Below are positions 22,805 to 34,166 of a stretch of DNA of 64,000 nucleotides, in pieces. Position numbers and translations under genes: made by a program. Source of the stretch: Curvularia clavata (Eukaryota); the NCBI GenBank assembly GCA_023920165.1, contig CP089278.1, forward strand, positions 1,612,001 to 1,676,000. Reading direction: 5' to 3'. The notes below the pieces were generated by a model. That model saw only the letters and a list, made by a program, of their open reading frames with translations. It had not been told where the DNA came from and searched no databases. Positions within the stretch are counted from its first letter, which is position 1, and the number at the start of each line of letters is the position of its first letter.

Positions 22805-24809
22805 ATGCACGTCCGAATAGCCAATTCGACAATCCCGGCTTTCCGGAGAGCATTTTCTGGGGTTTCTAGGCGCTCGCCATGGGTCTATTCGTCCTGTCAA
22901 ATTAGTAGCAATCGCAATCGACGGTGCATCACCACCAAGCCGCCAATCGAGAAACCGTACTACATTACTACACCTATATTCTACGTCAATGCTGCCCCTC
23001 ATGTCGGTCACCTCTATACCATGGTCCTGGCGGATGTCATCAAGCGCTGGCATGTGCTCAAAGGAGAGAAAGCTATCCTATGCACAGGAACAGATGAACA
23101 TGGGCTGAAGGTAACTTTGTCTTGCAGACATAGACGACGCACACTAAACATTCTACAGGTACAACGGGCTGCAGCCAAGGCTGGTGTTGACCCAAAGCTT
23201 TTCTGTGACCAAGGCGCCGAAATTTTCAAAGTATGCCTACATAAATAGCGAGCCCCGCCCTGGTTACTCACCCCTCCAAGGAACTTGCACAGAAAGCGGA
23301 AATCACGAACGATCATTTCGTACGAACGACGGACCGGGAACACAAGAGTGCAGTAGAGTATGCTTGGGTATGGACCTCGAGATATACCGCACAGGGCAAA
23401 GATAGCTGACGGCGCATAGTATTTGTTGCAAGAGAAGGGTCTTATATACGAGCAGAAACATGAGGGATGGTACTCAGTCACGGACGAGTGCTTCTACCCA
23501 CAGTCTGCCGTCCAACCATACCTTGACCCGCCTACTGGAAGGAAGATAATGGTATGATTAAGCTGGCTATCTGTGACCGGTCGAGCTGACTGTATTGCAG
23601 ACGTCGATTGAAACGGGAAGCGAAGTGGAATGGTCCTCTGAAGAGAATTACCACTTTCGCCTTTCCGCCTTCCGCGACCATCTGCTGGAGTTCTTCAAAA
23701 ACAACCCCGAGTGGATAACACCCGAACATCGTATGAAGGAGGTTGTGCAGGCTGTCGAGTCGGGGTTGGAGGATTTATCGATCTCCCGGCCGTACGATCG
23801 ACTCTCATGGGGCATTAGGGTGCCTGGAGATGATTCGCAGACTATCTACGTATGGCTCGATGCGCTCATGAACTACGCGACAAAGGCAGGCTACCCATGG
23901 ACCCCGGGCCACGAAAAGGTAGGAGGTTGGCCTGCCGACTGTCATGTTATCGGGAAAGATATTGTCCGATTTCACTGCATCTATTGGCCAGCTTTCCTTA
24001 TGGCTCTCGGACTTCCTCTCCCGAAGAAGATATTGACCCATGCTCACTGGACTCTTGGAGGCTCGAAGATGTCCAAATCAACTGGCAGGGTAGTTGATCC
24101 TTTTCATGCTATCAGCCGCTTCGGACCAGACGTCATGCGCTTCTATATGGCTCGTGAGGGTGGCTTACGAGATGACGCTAGCTATGGCAACAACCGAATT
24201 ATCGCCCTGTACAATAAGTTCCTGAACCAGCAACTCGGTAATCTCGCTTCCCGGGTAACAAGAGGTAAGAAGTGGAGCGTTCGGGGCGCTGTCGAGCGCA
24301 TAGGTGGAAGTCCGGAAGAGTATTGGGAAGAAGGACCGGGCTCTAGGTTCTATAAAAACTCGCTTTCTACCATCACCCCAGAGGTAGAGGCGTCTTTCGA
24401 TGCTTATGAACCACGCAAAGCAGTGTCTCAGATTTGTGAATTCGTACGAGGAGTAAGATTACCAATACCTTTATATTTTATCCCTGCTGACCCCAATAAG
24501 TCGAATGCATTCTTCCAAATGTCAAAACCCTGGGACAATGCTTTGAGCTTTGGTCCTAATGAGCCTGGCGAGGACGTGGATAGGACTATCTTCCTTTCCT
24601 CTGAAGCACTTCGCATCACAGGTATCCTCCTCCAGCCATATATGCCGAACAAGGCAAGCACTTTGCTCGACCAGCTGGGCGTACAGCCTGATCGTAGGAC
24701 GCTGGAATACTGCAAGCCCTGTGCCGATCTAGATTATGGAACTCCATTGGTAGACCTGGGTGCGATGTACAAGGGTGTGCTGTTCCCACCGCTTTCAAGC
24801 AACGAATAG
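22805..24809 (+). CDS. MSM1: Mitochondrial methionyl-tRNA synthetase
   Basis: Arg/Ser-rich presequence, YYITTPIFYVNAAPHVGH (HIGH), GTDEHGLK, YVWLDAL, IGKDIVRFH, KMSKS. Introns about 23111-23158, 23231-23280, 23368-23420, 23552-23600, 24453-24500. Confidence 0.95.
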
Positions 24810-25156
24810 TCCTTATACATCAATGTATCATAGATGATTGTAAATTTAACGGAAATCAAAACATTGAATGTGCGCATATGTAATATCTCAGATACCATTT
24901 AGGGAACTTGATGCATGTGATACTAGTGCCTGCCGGCAAGTCTAGTGCCAAGACCGACATCATCGCGCGCAACCTAAACATTTCCGAGTGAACATTCTCA
25001 ACTCTGCTTGACACAACTTTACCATCACCACCACGGCTGCTGTTCTCGCTTCCACACTACCTTGTATCCGGTCGCGCATGCCCTATCTTCCACTTATCCA
25101 CTCGCAAAACTCATCAATCGGATCACCAACGGTTTCCCGCAGACCTACATTTCATC

Positions 25157-26554
25157 ATGGCCGCCCCTAAGCCAAGGGGCTTCAAGATGTCGCTGGGGGC
25201 TTTGAAGGCGAAACCAGGGCTCAAAGCATCGCCAGCACTAAAAGACAGCAAAAAAACAAAGCCTCTGCTCGGCGATGACGAACCCGAAGATTCGGTCGGG
25301 CAGCAAGAAATTACAGGATGGGATATGGCAGAAGGTGGCGCGGTCGAAGCCAGCGGCAAGAAAGAAAAAGAACAGCTGCGTGTCATCCCAGTGCCGCCAA
25401 ATCGCGATTGGCGCGCAGCGGCGCGACGGAAGCATCTTGCGAAAGCGCCACACCAACAAGCACAGAACGAAACAGTCGACGAGAAGCAGATAGAGGAGCC
25501 CAAGTATCAGTACGGACTTACGATCATGAAAAAGGACGAAGCGCAAGAAGACGGGGCTGCAGAACCTGAGGCCCCAGAGCCGATGGAAGTAGAGCAAGAC
25601 AATCTCACAGAAGAAGAACGACTGGAAAAGAAAGCCCTCGACGCGTTGATCACTGGTAAATCGACTGATAACGATCTTGTGATACCTGTACAAACGGAAG
25701 AGGAAGCGTTTCGGAACGACTTGGATAATGCGCCTGAAGCGCCTACGCTCGAAGCTTACGAGGCCACTCCAATCGAAGGATTCGGCGCCGCGCTCCTCCG
25801 TGGTATGGGCTGGAAAGATGGTGAAGGAATTGGCAAAAATGGGACAGCTGTAAAACCGAAGGAGATCAAGCGGCGACCAGCTCTGTTGGGTATTGGGGCG
25901 AAGGAGGACGCGGCGGTAGGCGTTGAACTTGGAGAGTGGGGTGGTGGCAAGGGCAAGGGCAAAAAGGTTGCGCAGAGCTACAACCCGGTCACGCTACGTA
26001 ACAAGCGCACTGGCGAGATCATCACAGAAGAGGAATTGAAGGCAAAGCTCGAGAACCAGCAGTTGGTTGAAGAGGGGCAGGCTTCAAAAACGAAAAGCAA
26101 GTGCGACGATGACAGCGAGGATGAGCGCAGGCACGAGAAACGGAGAGAGAGACGTGACGACCGAGACCGTGATCGCCGACGGGAAGGCGACTACGACAGC
26201 GAGCGTAGACGAGACAAGGACCATCGACGCGAGAAAGACGATTACTACGATAGCGATCGCCGCCGGGAGAAGCGCCGGGAGCGCGCCCGAGATGACGACT
26301 ATGACAGTGAGCATAGGCGCGAGAAGCGGAGAGACCGTGACCGCAGCCGTAGCCCACATGACCGCAAAGACAAGCGCCGCGATAGGGACCGGTACCGCAG
26401 TCGAAGTCGAGACTCCAAGGCAAAAGGCGATAGGCGGGATCGCAGCCGTGAGGAGGATGACAGGAGGAAACGGAGGCGGGAGAGGGATTACGATGATGAT
26501 GAGAGGTATGAGAGGAAGAAGAAGTATAGGGACGATGATAAATACTACAAGTGA
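25157..26554 (+). CDS. SPP2: G-patch splicing factor Spp2/Cwf28-like with RD/RE-rich tail
   Basis: YEATPIEGFGAALLRGMGWKDGEGIGKN...RRPALLGIGA (Spp2/MOS2-type G-patch); low-complexity Arg/Asp C-terminus. Confidence 0.82.
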   Translation: MAAPKPRGFKMSLGALKAKPGLKASPALKDSKKTKPLLGDDEPEDSVGQQEITGWDMAEGGAVEASGKKEKEQLRVIPVPPNRDWRAAARRKHLAKAPHQQAQNETVDEKQIEEPKYQYGLTIMKKDEAQEDGAAEPEAPEPMEVEQDNLTEEERLEKKALDALITGKSTDNDLVIPVQTEEEAFRNDLDNAPEAPTLEAYEATPIEGFGAALLRGMGWKDGEGIGKNGTAVKPKEIKRRPALLGIGAKEDAAVGVELGEWGGGKGKGKKVAQSYNPVTLRNKRTGEIITEEELKAKLENQQLVEEGQASKTKSKCDDDSEDERRHEKRRERRDDRDRDRRREGDYDSERRRDKDHRREKDDYYDSDRRREKRRERARDDDYDSEHRREKRRDRDRSRSPHDRKDKRRDRDRYRSRSRDSKAKGDRRDRSREEDDRRKRRRERDYDDDERYERKKKYRDDDKYYK

Positions 26555-27206
26555 ATAAAAGGTTTGACGCCTTGGTCATAGCATACAATGGGGCGAGGTA
26601 CAGGTTTAACGCATTGGCATATTGAGAAAGCATAAACTGGTAAAGCACATGTACAACGCTATAGAAGCGGAACAATAAGATACCCACTGCACCCATAAGG
26701 GTATGTCTGATTTAGCACAACTACAAATTCCTTGAGACTACTTAAGGTGCAACGACCTTGAATTCATTCTTTTGACTTCAACAAAAGTAATTGATGAGGT
26801 AATTGCATGGCTTCCATTATGAGCTAAAGGCAAACTGGGAAAGACATGTTTTCGCCATAGACAAATTTTCTATTAGGGCGAAAGGCAACTTGATATATCA
26901 AGACACTGCTGCTTAGTCTACTACACTCAGTTGTGCTCGCCACCACACCGTATAACAGCACATTCTTTCGTTGAAACCAACGTGGTCTTCGATTCTTTTC
27001 TAATGATGCAACGCGCTCCCACTCGTCCATTTGAAACAATGCCAGAAATGCGAGAAACAAAGTCTTTGTGCGTGGTATTACATTCTCATGATCATACGAT
27101 ACAATATAGAAAGAGAAACATCAATGCTAGTGGTATATATGCGTGACGAAATATCAAGCAAGAATAACAATGTGACAGACAAAAGAAAAAATGGATTATT
27201 TGTGAC

Positions 27207-28055
27207 TTAAAAATTCCTCGAAGGAAGGGGGGTAGGGTCTTGGAGTCGTGCAGTGCCATTAGCCTGCATGGTTGGTTGGCCGCCTTCCTCGAGCATCTGC
27301 ATCTCGGTTTCCTTTGACTGGTGGTGCCTGGTGCGCTTGGCGGGCAGAAAATCGATGAAGAAGCTAGCGACGTAGAGACAGTAGACGTAGGAGACTATCC
27401 ACTCAAGGACAGCAGCGACGTTCCACTTGTGTGTCTTGGAGCAAACGCCAAAGGCAATAACGAGACAAACCTCGGCAATGATGAAGAAGAGCTTGATCCA
27501 GAACGAGATTCGTAAGATAGAGTCGTCACGGTAATGGACGCCCAGGCGCTGGTATTCCCAGCAAATGAAGATTGCACTGATGATGTAGCCTCCAATAAAG
27601 ACACACAAGAAAATGTTGTGCAGGGTGTTGTGGTGTTTGCAGTCGAAGATGGTGAGGAGGATGAGACCGGCTGCACCGACAATGGCAGCAACGGTTGCGC
27701 AGACCGAGTAGAATTTTTGCCAATTGGAGGTATTTGGGTGGAGTTTGTTGGTGTGACGTAGCCAACGTTCGAAAAGGAAGGCGAAGTCGAAGGTAACCAC
27801 TGTGACAGCAGACATTGCGATAAACATAGGTTTTAGTACATCGGCGCCAATGTCTTGGTCGTTGTTAGCCTGTGTTTGGATATGGACGTGCAACCAAAGT
27901 AACCTACCTGAGATGTACGGGATGTTTTGTCCTTCACTCATGGTTGAATAATGAGGCTTGCCCGTAGCCGCCCAATAAACCAACATGGCAACGAGCATGC
28001 TAGTCCATACTACCGAAGAGAAGATGGGAACGACCCAATACGAAAGTCCAAGCAT
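27207..28055 (-). CDS. SFK1: Frag1/DRAM/Sfk1 family membrane protein
   Basis: About 6 TM segments. Removing in-frame intron 27907-27854 restores PYISDIGA; AAVLEW motif. Confidence 0.85.
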   Translation of the reverse strand: MLGLSYWVVPIFSSVVWTSMLVAMLVYWAATGKPHYSTMSEGQNIPYISGRLLWLHVHIQTQANNDQDIGADVLKPMFIAMSAVTVVTFDFAFLFERWLRHTNKLHPNTSNWQKFYSVCATVAAIVGAAGLILLTIFDCKHHNTLHNIFLCVFIGGYIISAIFICWEYQRLGVHYRDDSILRISFWIKLFFIIAEVCLVIAFGVCSKTHKWNVAAVLEWIVSYVYCLYVASFFIDFLPAKRTRHHQSKETEMQMLEEGGQPTMQANGTARLQDPTPLPSRNF

Positions 28056-29202
28056 CTTGTATATGTCTAGGCTGTCCCGAGAGCAAAAGGGTTGCTTGTG
28101 CAGCCAAGAGGGTTAGGGGACGGATAGCAGACAGGGACGGAATGGAATGGACGAGAGACAGAAGAGCAGAACCACACAGATCGACAGTCGGGAACAAAGG
28201 GCAGATTAATGTATGGGGCAAGGCCGTAAATGTACAAAAAGGCACAAGCGCAGCGTGGGTGAAGTTTTCGACGCAAGGCTGGTGGTGATGGTGGTGGGCG
28301 CGGCTATGATGTCACAAACTGGCCGATGGCGTGGCTGCTTACCTGCTTGGGCCAGTATCGGCAATAACGTCACGTCACCAGAGCGGGCGGATTGCGTAGA
28401 GATGAGACTAAGCCACTGCGAAGATTCTTGACCTCGGACGAGTTTGAGTTTGTAAAGACGGAGTTTAGCAAGCAGGTCAGCGAGGGGGCGGGGGCGGGCG
28501 ACGATTGTTGCATCGCGCTACAAGAGGCCATGCGTCGATGACCGGGGACGAGGCTTGAGATGGTCCTTGAGATGGTCCTAGAGTTGGAAGCGGTGCTGTG
28601 TCCCTGATCGTCCGGTCCGTATGCTCGGAAAAGTCGACAGTACCGCGGGCAATATAGATCTCATGTCCTGCCTGTATCAGCAGCTCTGTGGCTTGGCTTG
28701 AGGCAATGCAGCAGCGTGACGTGAAGAAGCCAATGCTTTCCCTTCACGACCAGCTCGTGGAAGCCCTGATTGACCCCATTGCGGGTGCGAGGGGCGAGAC
28801 CAGACCAGACCAGACCGGACGACGGACAAGGCTCTGACTGCTGTACTGTCCCTGACCCAGCCTCTCGATTATGCGGTGCGTCGTCGAGCGGCGTATGCAT
28901 TGTTAGTCAGCCAAGCTGCTTGTCGTCATCCTTGGTTCATGGAGAAACTACTGTACAAGGCGATGCAGGGCCGGCAGCTGTATAAGCAAAAAAAGAAAGA
29001 AAAAGGCGCGGGTTGCAGACACAGCAACGGCCCAACAAACAGAGCAGACAAGAGTCGAGGCGTTGAGGAGCGGTGGGTGAAGCCGACGCGCGTATACCAG
29101 GCCGCGAAGCAGCTATTGGAGGGGTATGGTGGTTACAAGCCACAGGCCGGAGCATGGCCACACTATATACTTGGACAAGCGCCGCATGTGTCGTCAGCGC
29201 CA

Positions 29203-29215
29203 CAGGCACCGGCAC

Positions 29216-29287
<72 letters not shown>

Positions 29288-29292
29288 CGGCA
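29203..29292. repeat. Hexanucleotide microsatellite (CAGGCA)n, 15 units (11 perfect in a row)
   Basis: Perfect run 29221-29286 flanked by CCGGCA variants; intergenic. Confidence 0.97.
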
Positions 29293-30021
29293 TGGGCGGC
29301 TGAGTGGTTGGCTGGCCAGGCCGGGCGGCTTGCGGTTCCTTGTGTGGATCAAGGCCGGCAATGGCACGACTTTGCTCGCAAAAGGCCGGTTTTTGCGCTG
29401 CTTGCCATGGCCAACGAGGCGTGCATCGCTCCGATCAGCCGTTGGCGTGGACCGATGCGGCAAAATGCGCTGGATCCAAGCCGCGCCCCAGACTGGCGCC
29501 ATTGGCCGGCCAGCCATGCATGCACGCAGCGTAATAACTCGTGGTTTCATTCACTGCTCTCGCTGCACCCGCAACGGCCAAGTTTCAGCTCCTGTCTCTT
29601 CCAGGTTTGTTGCCAGTTGCCATTGCATGCATGCATCTTGTCCACTCGCGACACGCCTGCCCTGGTCCCCCCAGGCCTGTCACCCATGATGCCTGTCGCC
29701 GGCGCGCTTGTCCATCCTTGGGCGCCCGTTCGCGCCAGGCCGACATGTATTTCTTCTTTCTCTTCTTCAATACGCTTCGTCTGCCCTAGTGTACCGCCAA
29801 ACCACGGTTTGCTGCACGCCTGCCAGCCTCCACGTTGATATCGCCGCTCCTCTTCACGCCTTATAAGCAACCCTGCCTCGCCCTCAGCACCTCCACCCCG
29901 CATCAGCTTGACGGCGGTTGACCCGCACTGTAGCTGTTAATCCTAATCCTTTCTTCCAATGCATTGTATCCTGTCCTTGTGAGCGCCGCCGCTCTCCACA
30001 CACTCGCTACAGCCTGACAAC

Positions 30022-33000
30022 ATGGGCAACCAATCCAGCACCCCCAACCCCAACAAGCTGTCCAAACCCAGGACCAACACAAACTCGGTGGCCCCAGCTT
30101 ACAAAGGCGACTCGTCAGAATCCCCCTCGACGGTAGATCTCAGTGACCAGGGACGGCAGCAGATCAGAGAGACGCTCCTATCCCTCCTCGCCGAGGAATT
30201 TGACCAGCACCCTCGCGTGCAAAAGAAGGAGAGTGCTCTTGACACGACTAGAACACGTGACGCGTCTCTGTCCGCTGCCTCGAGATCCCATTCAAGGTCA
30301 AATTCCAGGTCAAATTCGCGTTCCAATTCATTGTCATGCTTCGGTAGCAAACATGGCTCAACCGCTAGGCTTGCTGCCATGTCAGATTCCAAGTTGTCCT
30401 TGGTTTCCGGTTCACATGTAGATATTGCCGAGGCAATAAAGCTCCTACAGCAAGTCAAGAGGAATGCTTCTCCAGAGGACATTGCAGCCCTGCAGCAAGT
30501 TCTCGAGATGCCTGAAGAGTCACCAGAACCAGAAGCGGAGCCAAGCGCCACCTTAAGAACCTCGCCTGTAGACAAGTGCTCATCCTCGTCGCTTACACGG
30601 CGGCAGTCTCTAATCCAGACACCCGGAGTTGGCACCCGAAGCTCTCCTGTCGATGGGCGTCGAAGAACATGGAACTCGTGGAGGTCTCCGAGGCTTGAGC
30701 CTGATGAGGAGGCCAGGTGGCAGCCGAGCTCACGCATTGCTTCACAGCTCGGACTTCCTGAATCCCAGGCCTACCATAACACCAGTCACTTTGATTCAAG
30801 GCCGAGAGTGCCCTCTCCATCGGAGCTCGACTATTCGCATCTAGGGAGCCTAAAACCCGGCACATTGGTCGTCACCAATGGCCCTGCCTCTCCGGCATCG
30901 AGTATCCGGGGACCAAATCGCGCCCATGGAGAAAACGAGGACTATTTTTCAGAAGCAGAGCCCGGCACTAGCCCATTAATGATGAAAACGACACGACGTC
31001 GTGGACACAGAAGAAGCCAATCTGCCGTGCTTCCTGGAACATCTCTCTCTACTGTGGAAACCATGGGGCAGCACGTACCATATGAAACTGTCCGACGTGC
31101 TTCTACCGTGAAACTTGTTGAGCCCCCGGGCGAACCCCGTTCGACCCAATCAACTGCTCCATCCAATTATGTTGTGCAGGCAATGGGTAGCAACACACAT
31201 GCTCCAGCTGATTCTCCTTTGAACTTTCAGCTAAACGTCGTTCCTAGCACATCTCCAGAATCTGGAGAAGATCGTACAGTCAACAAGCATGGAAGCTTTA
31301 CATCTGACGATACCCACTATCCAAAGTCAGAAGATACTTCTACGTCACAAGAGCTAGTATTCACAAAGAATGTGGCAAAGGCTTCGCCGCCCCTCTCCTC
31401 AAGCACACCGGTAGAAGTGAGACCAAAAAGTCGGGCTAAGCAACGACCGCCTCCACAAACAACCGATTCCGGCTATTCTTCTGTTGGCAGCCTGCCGGTT
31501 GATGATCGAGAGCAGCACGCAGGTCCTCGTTCCGTTATTTGCTCCCAGTGCCAACACCATACCTCGCAGCGTCCCCAAGGCACAAACCATGACAACCAAG
31601 CCCTGCAGCAAGATCACATGGAGCAAAGTACAGAGAGAACGCAAATACCTGCGCCTATCGTGTCTACAGCACATGCTGTGCAGGGTCTTCACAATCGAAG
31701 AGCCCTAGTCCAGCCAGCGCTGGTAACCGTACAGCCCTCGCACCTCAACCGATCAAAGTCGCCTCTGCAGATCTCGGTGAATTCTGCAAGTTCGCCATCA
31801 GGGTCATCTACTCCAGAGACGTTACTCTCGCCCCAAACGCCTAGGTCGGTCTCTTCAAAATCGTCCTTCAACAGTACGTCCGGGAAGCCACCGAAGCGTC
31901 TTCACCGCAGACAACAGTCACAGGCAGAGGCCCTGGTTGTGCAATCGTGTCAGCCCATTCCAGAAGGAAAGATACCCGATGTTCCGGCCAACGTGCGGGC
32001 TAAGTTCGAAAGACGCGTGTCAAGTACGCCTGGCATGGACTGTTTGACCCAGACATATCCTTCAAAAGACCACGTTGTTGTAGACGAGTCGAGGCCGGAG
32101 GCCCCACTTCCTGGTCACACCGAGTTTCGACTGCTTGCTGAGCTGCAGGCTGTTCAGCAACCCCCAGTACCTACCCGCGTCCGCCGGAAAAGTCTCTCAT
32201 TTTTCCGGAGGAAGTCGATGAGTGACAAGAAAGCGGCCAAGGAAGAGACTGGACCTGTCGCACTTGAAGCTGAGTACATGGAACCCGTTGTAGTACCAAT
32301 TGGCGTTTCTCCATATGATGCCGTAACGTGCGATCTACCAACGCAGACTGTTCCTTTCCCGTCATACCCACACCAATTTGAGCCTCCCTATCCTCGTTCA
32401 AAGTCCATGGTCAATATGGATAGTAGGACTGCTGCTGAGTATGCGCACGCATATAGCAAAGAACTTGGTATGCCAGACCACGAATTCTCTCATCGGCGAC
32501 GTAAAAGCTTTCATAGCTTGAGTGCAGAGGCTGGCGAGGCCAGGGCCTTGAGACACCGCCCACAGAATGCAGATATCCCGCCTGTGCCATCAATCGACAT
32601 GGCAAAGCTTTCAGTGTCCTGTGCCGACATGCCTCAAGCCAGCAAAAGGTATTCCATTGGGCCACCTAGGCCAAACACTGCCCCTCGTCCTCAATCTCGT
32701 CAGCGTAGCCAAACCGTTTCTCAGGCTGAGAGCAGGAGCAGCGTGGGTATACAAAAAGCCTCACAGCAGAGCATGCAATGGGACGGGCACCCTGGCGCCA
32801 CGAGGCAGCGGCGCAAGACGATTGGAGAAGGCACACGCCCTCTGGATGCTGTTGTTGCGACTGGCAATAAGCGTGCTTCTATTGGCGCGGGAATGAAGGC
32901 TCCAGGGCCAGACAGCACTGGCACCTGGGGTCGGTACAGTGGTGGTTTGGCGTACGAGTATGGGGGTCGCAGCGTAGGCGTGGGAGGAAGCGCCGGTACG

Positions 33001-33099
33001 CGCCAGCTGAATAGCTGCGCATCGGTCAAGTCGCTCCACTATCAGCACCAGTATGGCGTAGACCTTTCCGATGTGCCCATCATTGTTCAGCGCGTATAG
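30022..33099 (+). CDS. Large Ser/Pro-rich fungal protein with N-myristoylation motif
   Basis: 1025-aa ORF starting MGNQSS. Mostly disordered, with short motif-like islands (DYSHLGSLKPGTLVVTNG, DSGYSS, C-terminal YGVDLSDVPI). Confidence 0.82.
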   Translation: MGNQSSTPNPNKLSKPRTNTNSVAPAYKGDSSESPSTVDLSDQGRQQIRETLLSLLAEEFDQHPRVQKKESALDTTRTRDASLSAASRSHSRSNSRSNSRSNSLSCFGSKHGSTARLAAMSDSKLSLVSGSHVDIAEAIKLLQQVKRNASPEDIAALQQVLEMPEESPEPEAEPSATLRTSPVDKCSSSSLTRRQSLIQTPGVGTRSSPVDGRRRTWNSWRSPRLEPDEEARWQPSSRIASQLGLPESQAYHNTSHFDSRPRVPSPSELDYSHLGSLKPGTLVVTNGPASPASSIRGPNRAHGENEDYFSEAEPGTSPLMMKTTRRRGHRRSQSAVLPGTSLSTVETMGQHVPYETVRRASTVKLVEPPGEPRSTQSTAPSNYVVQAMGSNTHAPADSPLNFQLNVVPSTSPESGEDRTVNKHGSFTSDDTHYPKSEDTSTSQELVFTKNVAKASPPLSSSTPVEVRPKSRAKQRPPPQTTDSGYSSVGSLPVDDREQHAGPRSVICSQCQHHTSQRPQGTNHDNQALQQDHMEQSTERTQIPAPIVSTAHAVQGLHNRRALVQPALVTVQPSHLNRSKSPLQISVNSASSPSGSSTPETLLSPQTPRSVSSKSSFNSTSGKPPKRLHRRQQSQAEALVVQSCQPIPEGKIPDVPANVRAKFERRVSSTPGMDCLTQTYPSKDHVVVDESRPEAPLPGHTEFRLLAELQAVQQPPVPTRVRRKSLSFFRRKSMSDKKAAKEETGPVALEAEYMEPVVVPIGVSPYDAVTCDLPTQTVPFPSYPHQFEPPYPRSKSMVNMDSRTAAEYAHAYSKELGMPDHEFSHRRRKSFHSLSAEAGEARALRHRPQNADIPPVPSIDMAKLSVSCADMPQASKRYSIGPPRPNTAPRPQSRQRSQTVSQAESRSSVGIQKASQQSMQWDGHPGATRQRRKTIGEGTRPLDAVVATGNKRASIGAGMKAPGPDSTGTWGRYSGGLAYEYGGRSVGVGGSAGTRQLNSCASVKSLHYQHQYGVDLSDVPIIVQRV

Positions 33100-33860
33100 G
33101 TCTTGGTGAGGCAAAATTGAACTTTAACGTGAGGTTTCTTTTCCTGGAGTTCATCTGGGGCGTTGGGTTACGATTGGCCAGCATTCGCATTCGACGCACA
33201 CAGCCTGCAGCACGCACGCATGCATGCAGAGCGATATTCTTTCGGTCTAGGAGGAGTTCTGGGTTCCTTGTTTTGGGTACATAGTTGGTGCTGCATGACG
33301 GTGGATGCAACGGCGGAATGGTCAATAAAATAGTAATAGCGGCTGCCCTGACACGGCGCAGATGGAACCACGCCCTGCTCACTTGGGCTCAAATGTACAA
33401 GTACCGTGCGCAGGCTGCGTGTGTGTCGATGCCCAAGATGCGCCTTTTTCTCGCCTGCGAACGGGTGCTCAGCCTCAGGTCGTTCGCATCGCTGCCAGCG
33501 CCGCTCATCAGCCAGTCAGGCACGGGTGGCAGGAGCGCACGGCCCCGGTGATGTCAGCAATGGCTGCTAGTGGCTGCGGATGCCGGGCGGCGCAGGGATG
33601 CTAGGTCGTCTTTGGCCCAAGACTCCAGCGACCACAGCCGAATGCGCGAAATTTCATCTCGACAGCTCCCCGCCATCGCCTCCCTTCCCTCCTACATCCA
33701 CCTCTGCTCTCCATTCACCGCCTCTTCAGACCTCGCTGCCTATCAAGCGACCGTGTCTGCCCTCTCGTTGCTGCCCATCTCCGCCCCTCGACAGCCTTTG
33801 GTCGCATCAAAGGCTCCCGTCCCACTACGGCCTCGGCCCTGATTCTGCTCAACCTTCAAG

Positions 33861-34094
33861 TTGTATCTGCTCGGCCAGCGCCTCACGTTTTCAACAACAT
33901 CCCCCCTCCCCGTCTTGTCGCCATCTAAGAAACAGCTCGAGCGTCTTCTTTTTTTGTCGCCTACCCAGACCCTCGACCAGCCTCAACTTCAGCTGCCGCA
34001 TAGGACGCCATCAGCGGTTCTTCCTCTTGTAGAGGAAGCGGCCAGACCTCGCCCAACACCAAGCCTCGGCTTCGCACCCTTCAAGCCTCCCTAA
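33861..34094 (+). promoter_or_regulatory. Non-AUG (UUG) upstream ORF of ODC, 77 codons, ending GFAPFKPP-stop
   Basis: TTG in strong context ACCTTCAAG-TTG; no ATG between about 33645 and 34166; ends in Pro-Pro-TAA 72 nt before the ODC ATG. Confidence 0.72.
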
Positions 34095-34166
34095 CGCGGC
34101 ACCACGCTCCACCAAGTAACCTGCACTAAAGCCATCCCTCAACTTCCACAAGCTACCACCAAGGGC

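Noticed and set aside
26022..26696. 224-aa antisense ORF over SPP2
   Set aside because: Shadow of the repetitive Arg/Asp-rich coding tail on the opposite strand.
28876..29838. 320-aa ORF with poly(AQ), and overlapping poly-HR/TG/VP/CL ORFs
   Set aside because: Artefacts of the stop-free hexamer repeat in a GC-rich promoter; no ATG start or protein-like composition.
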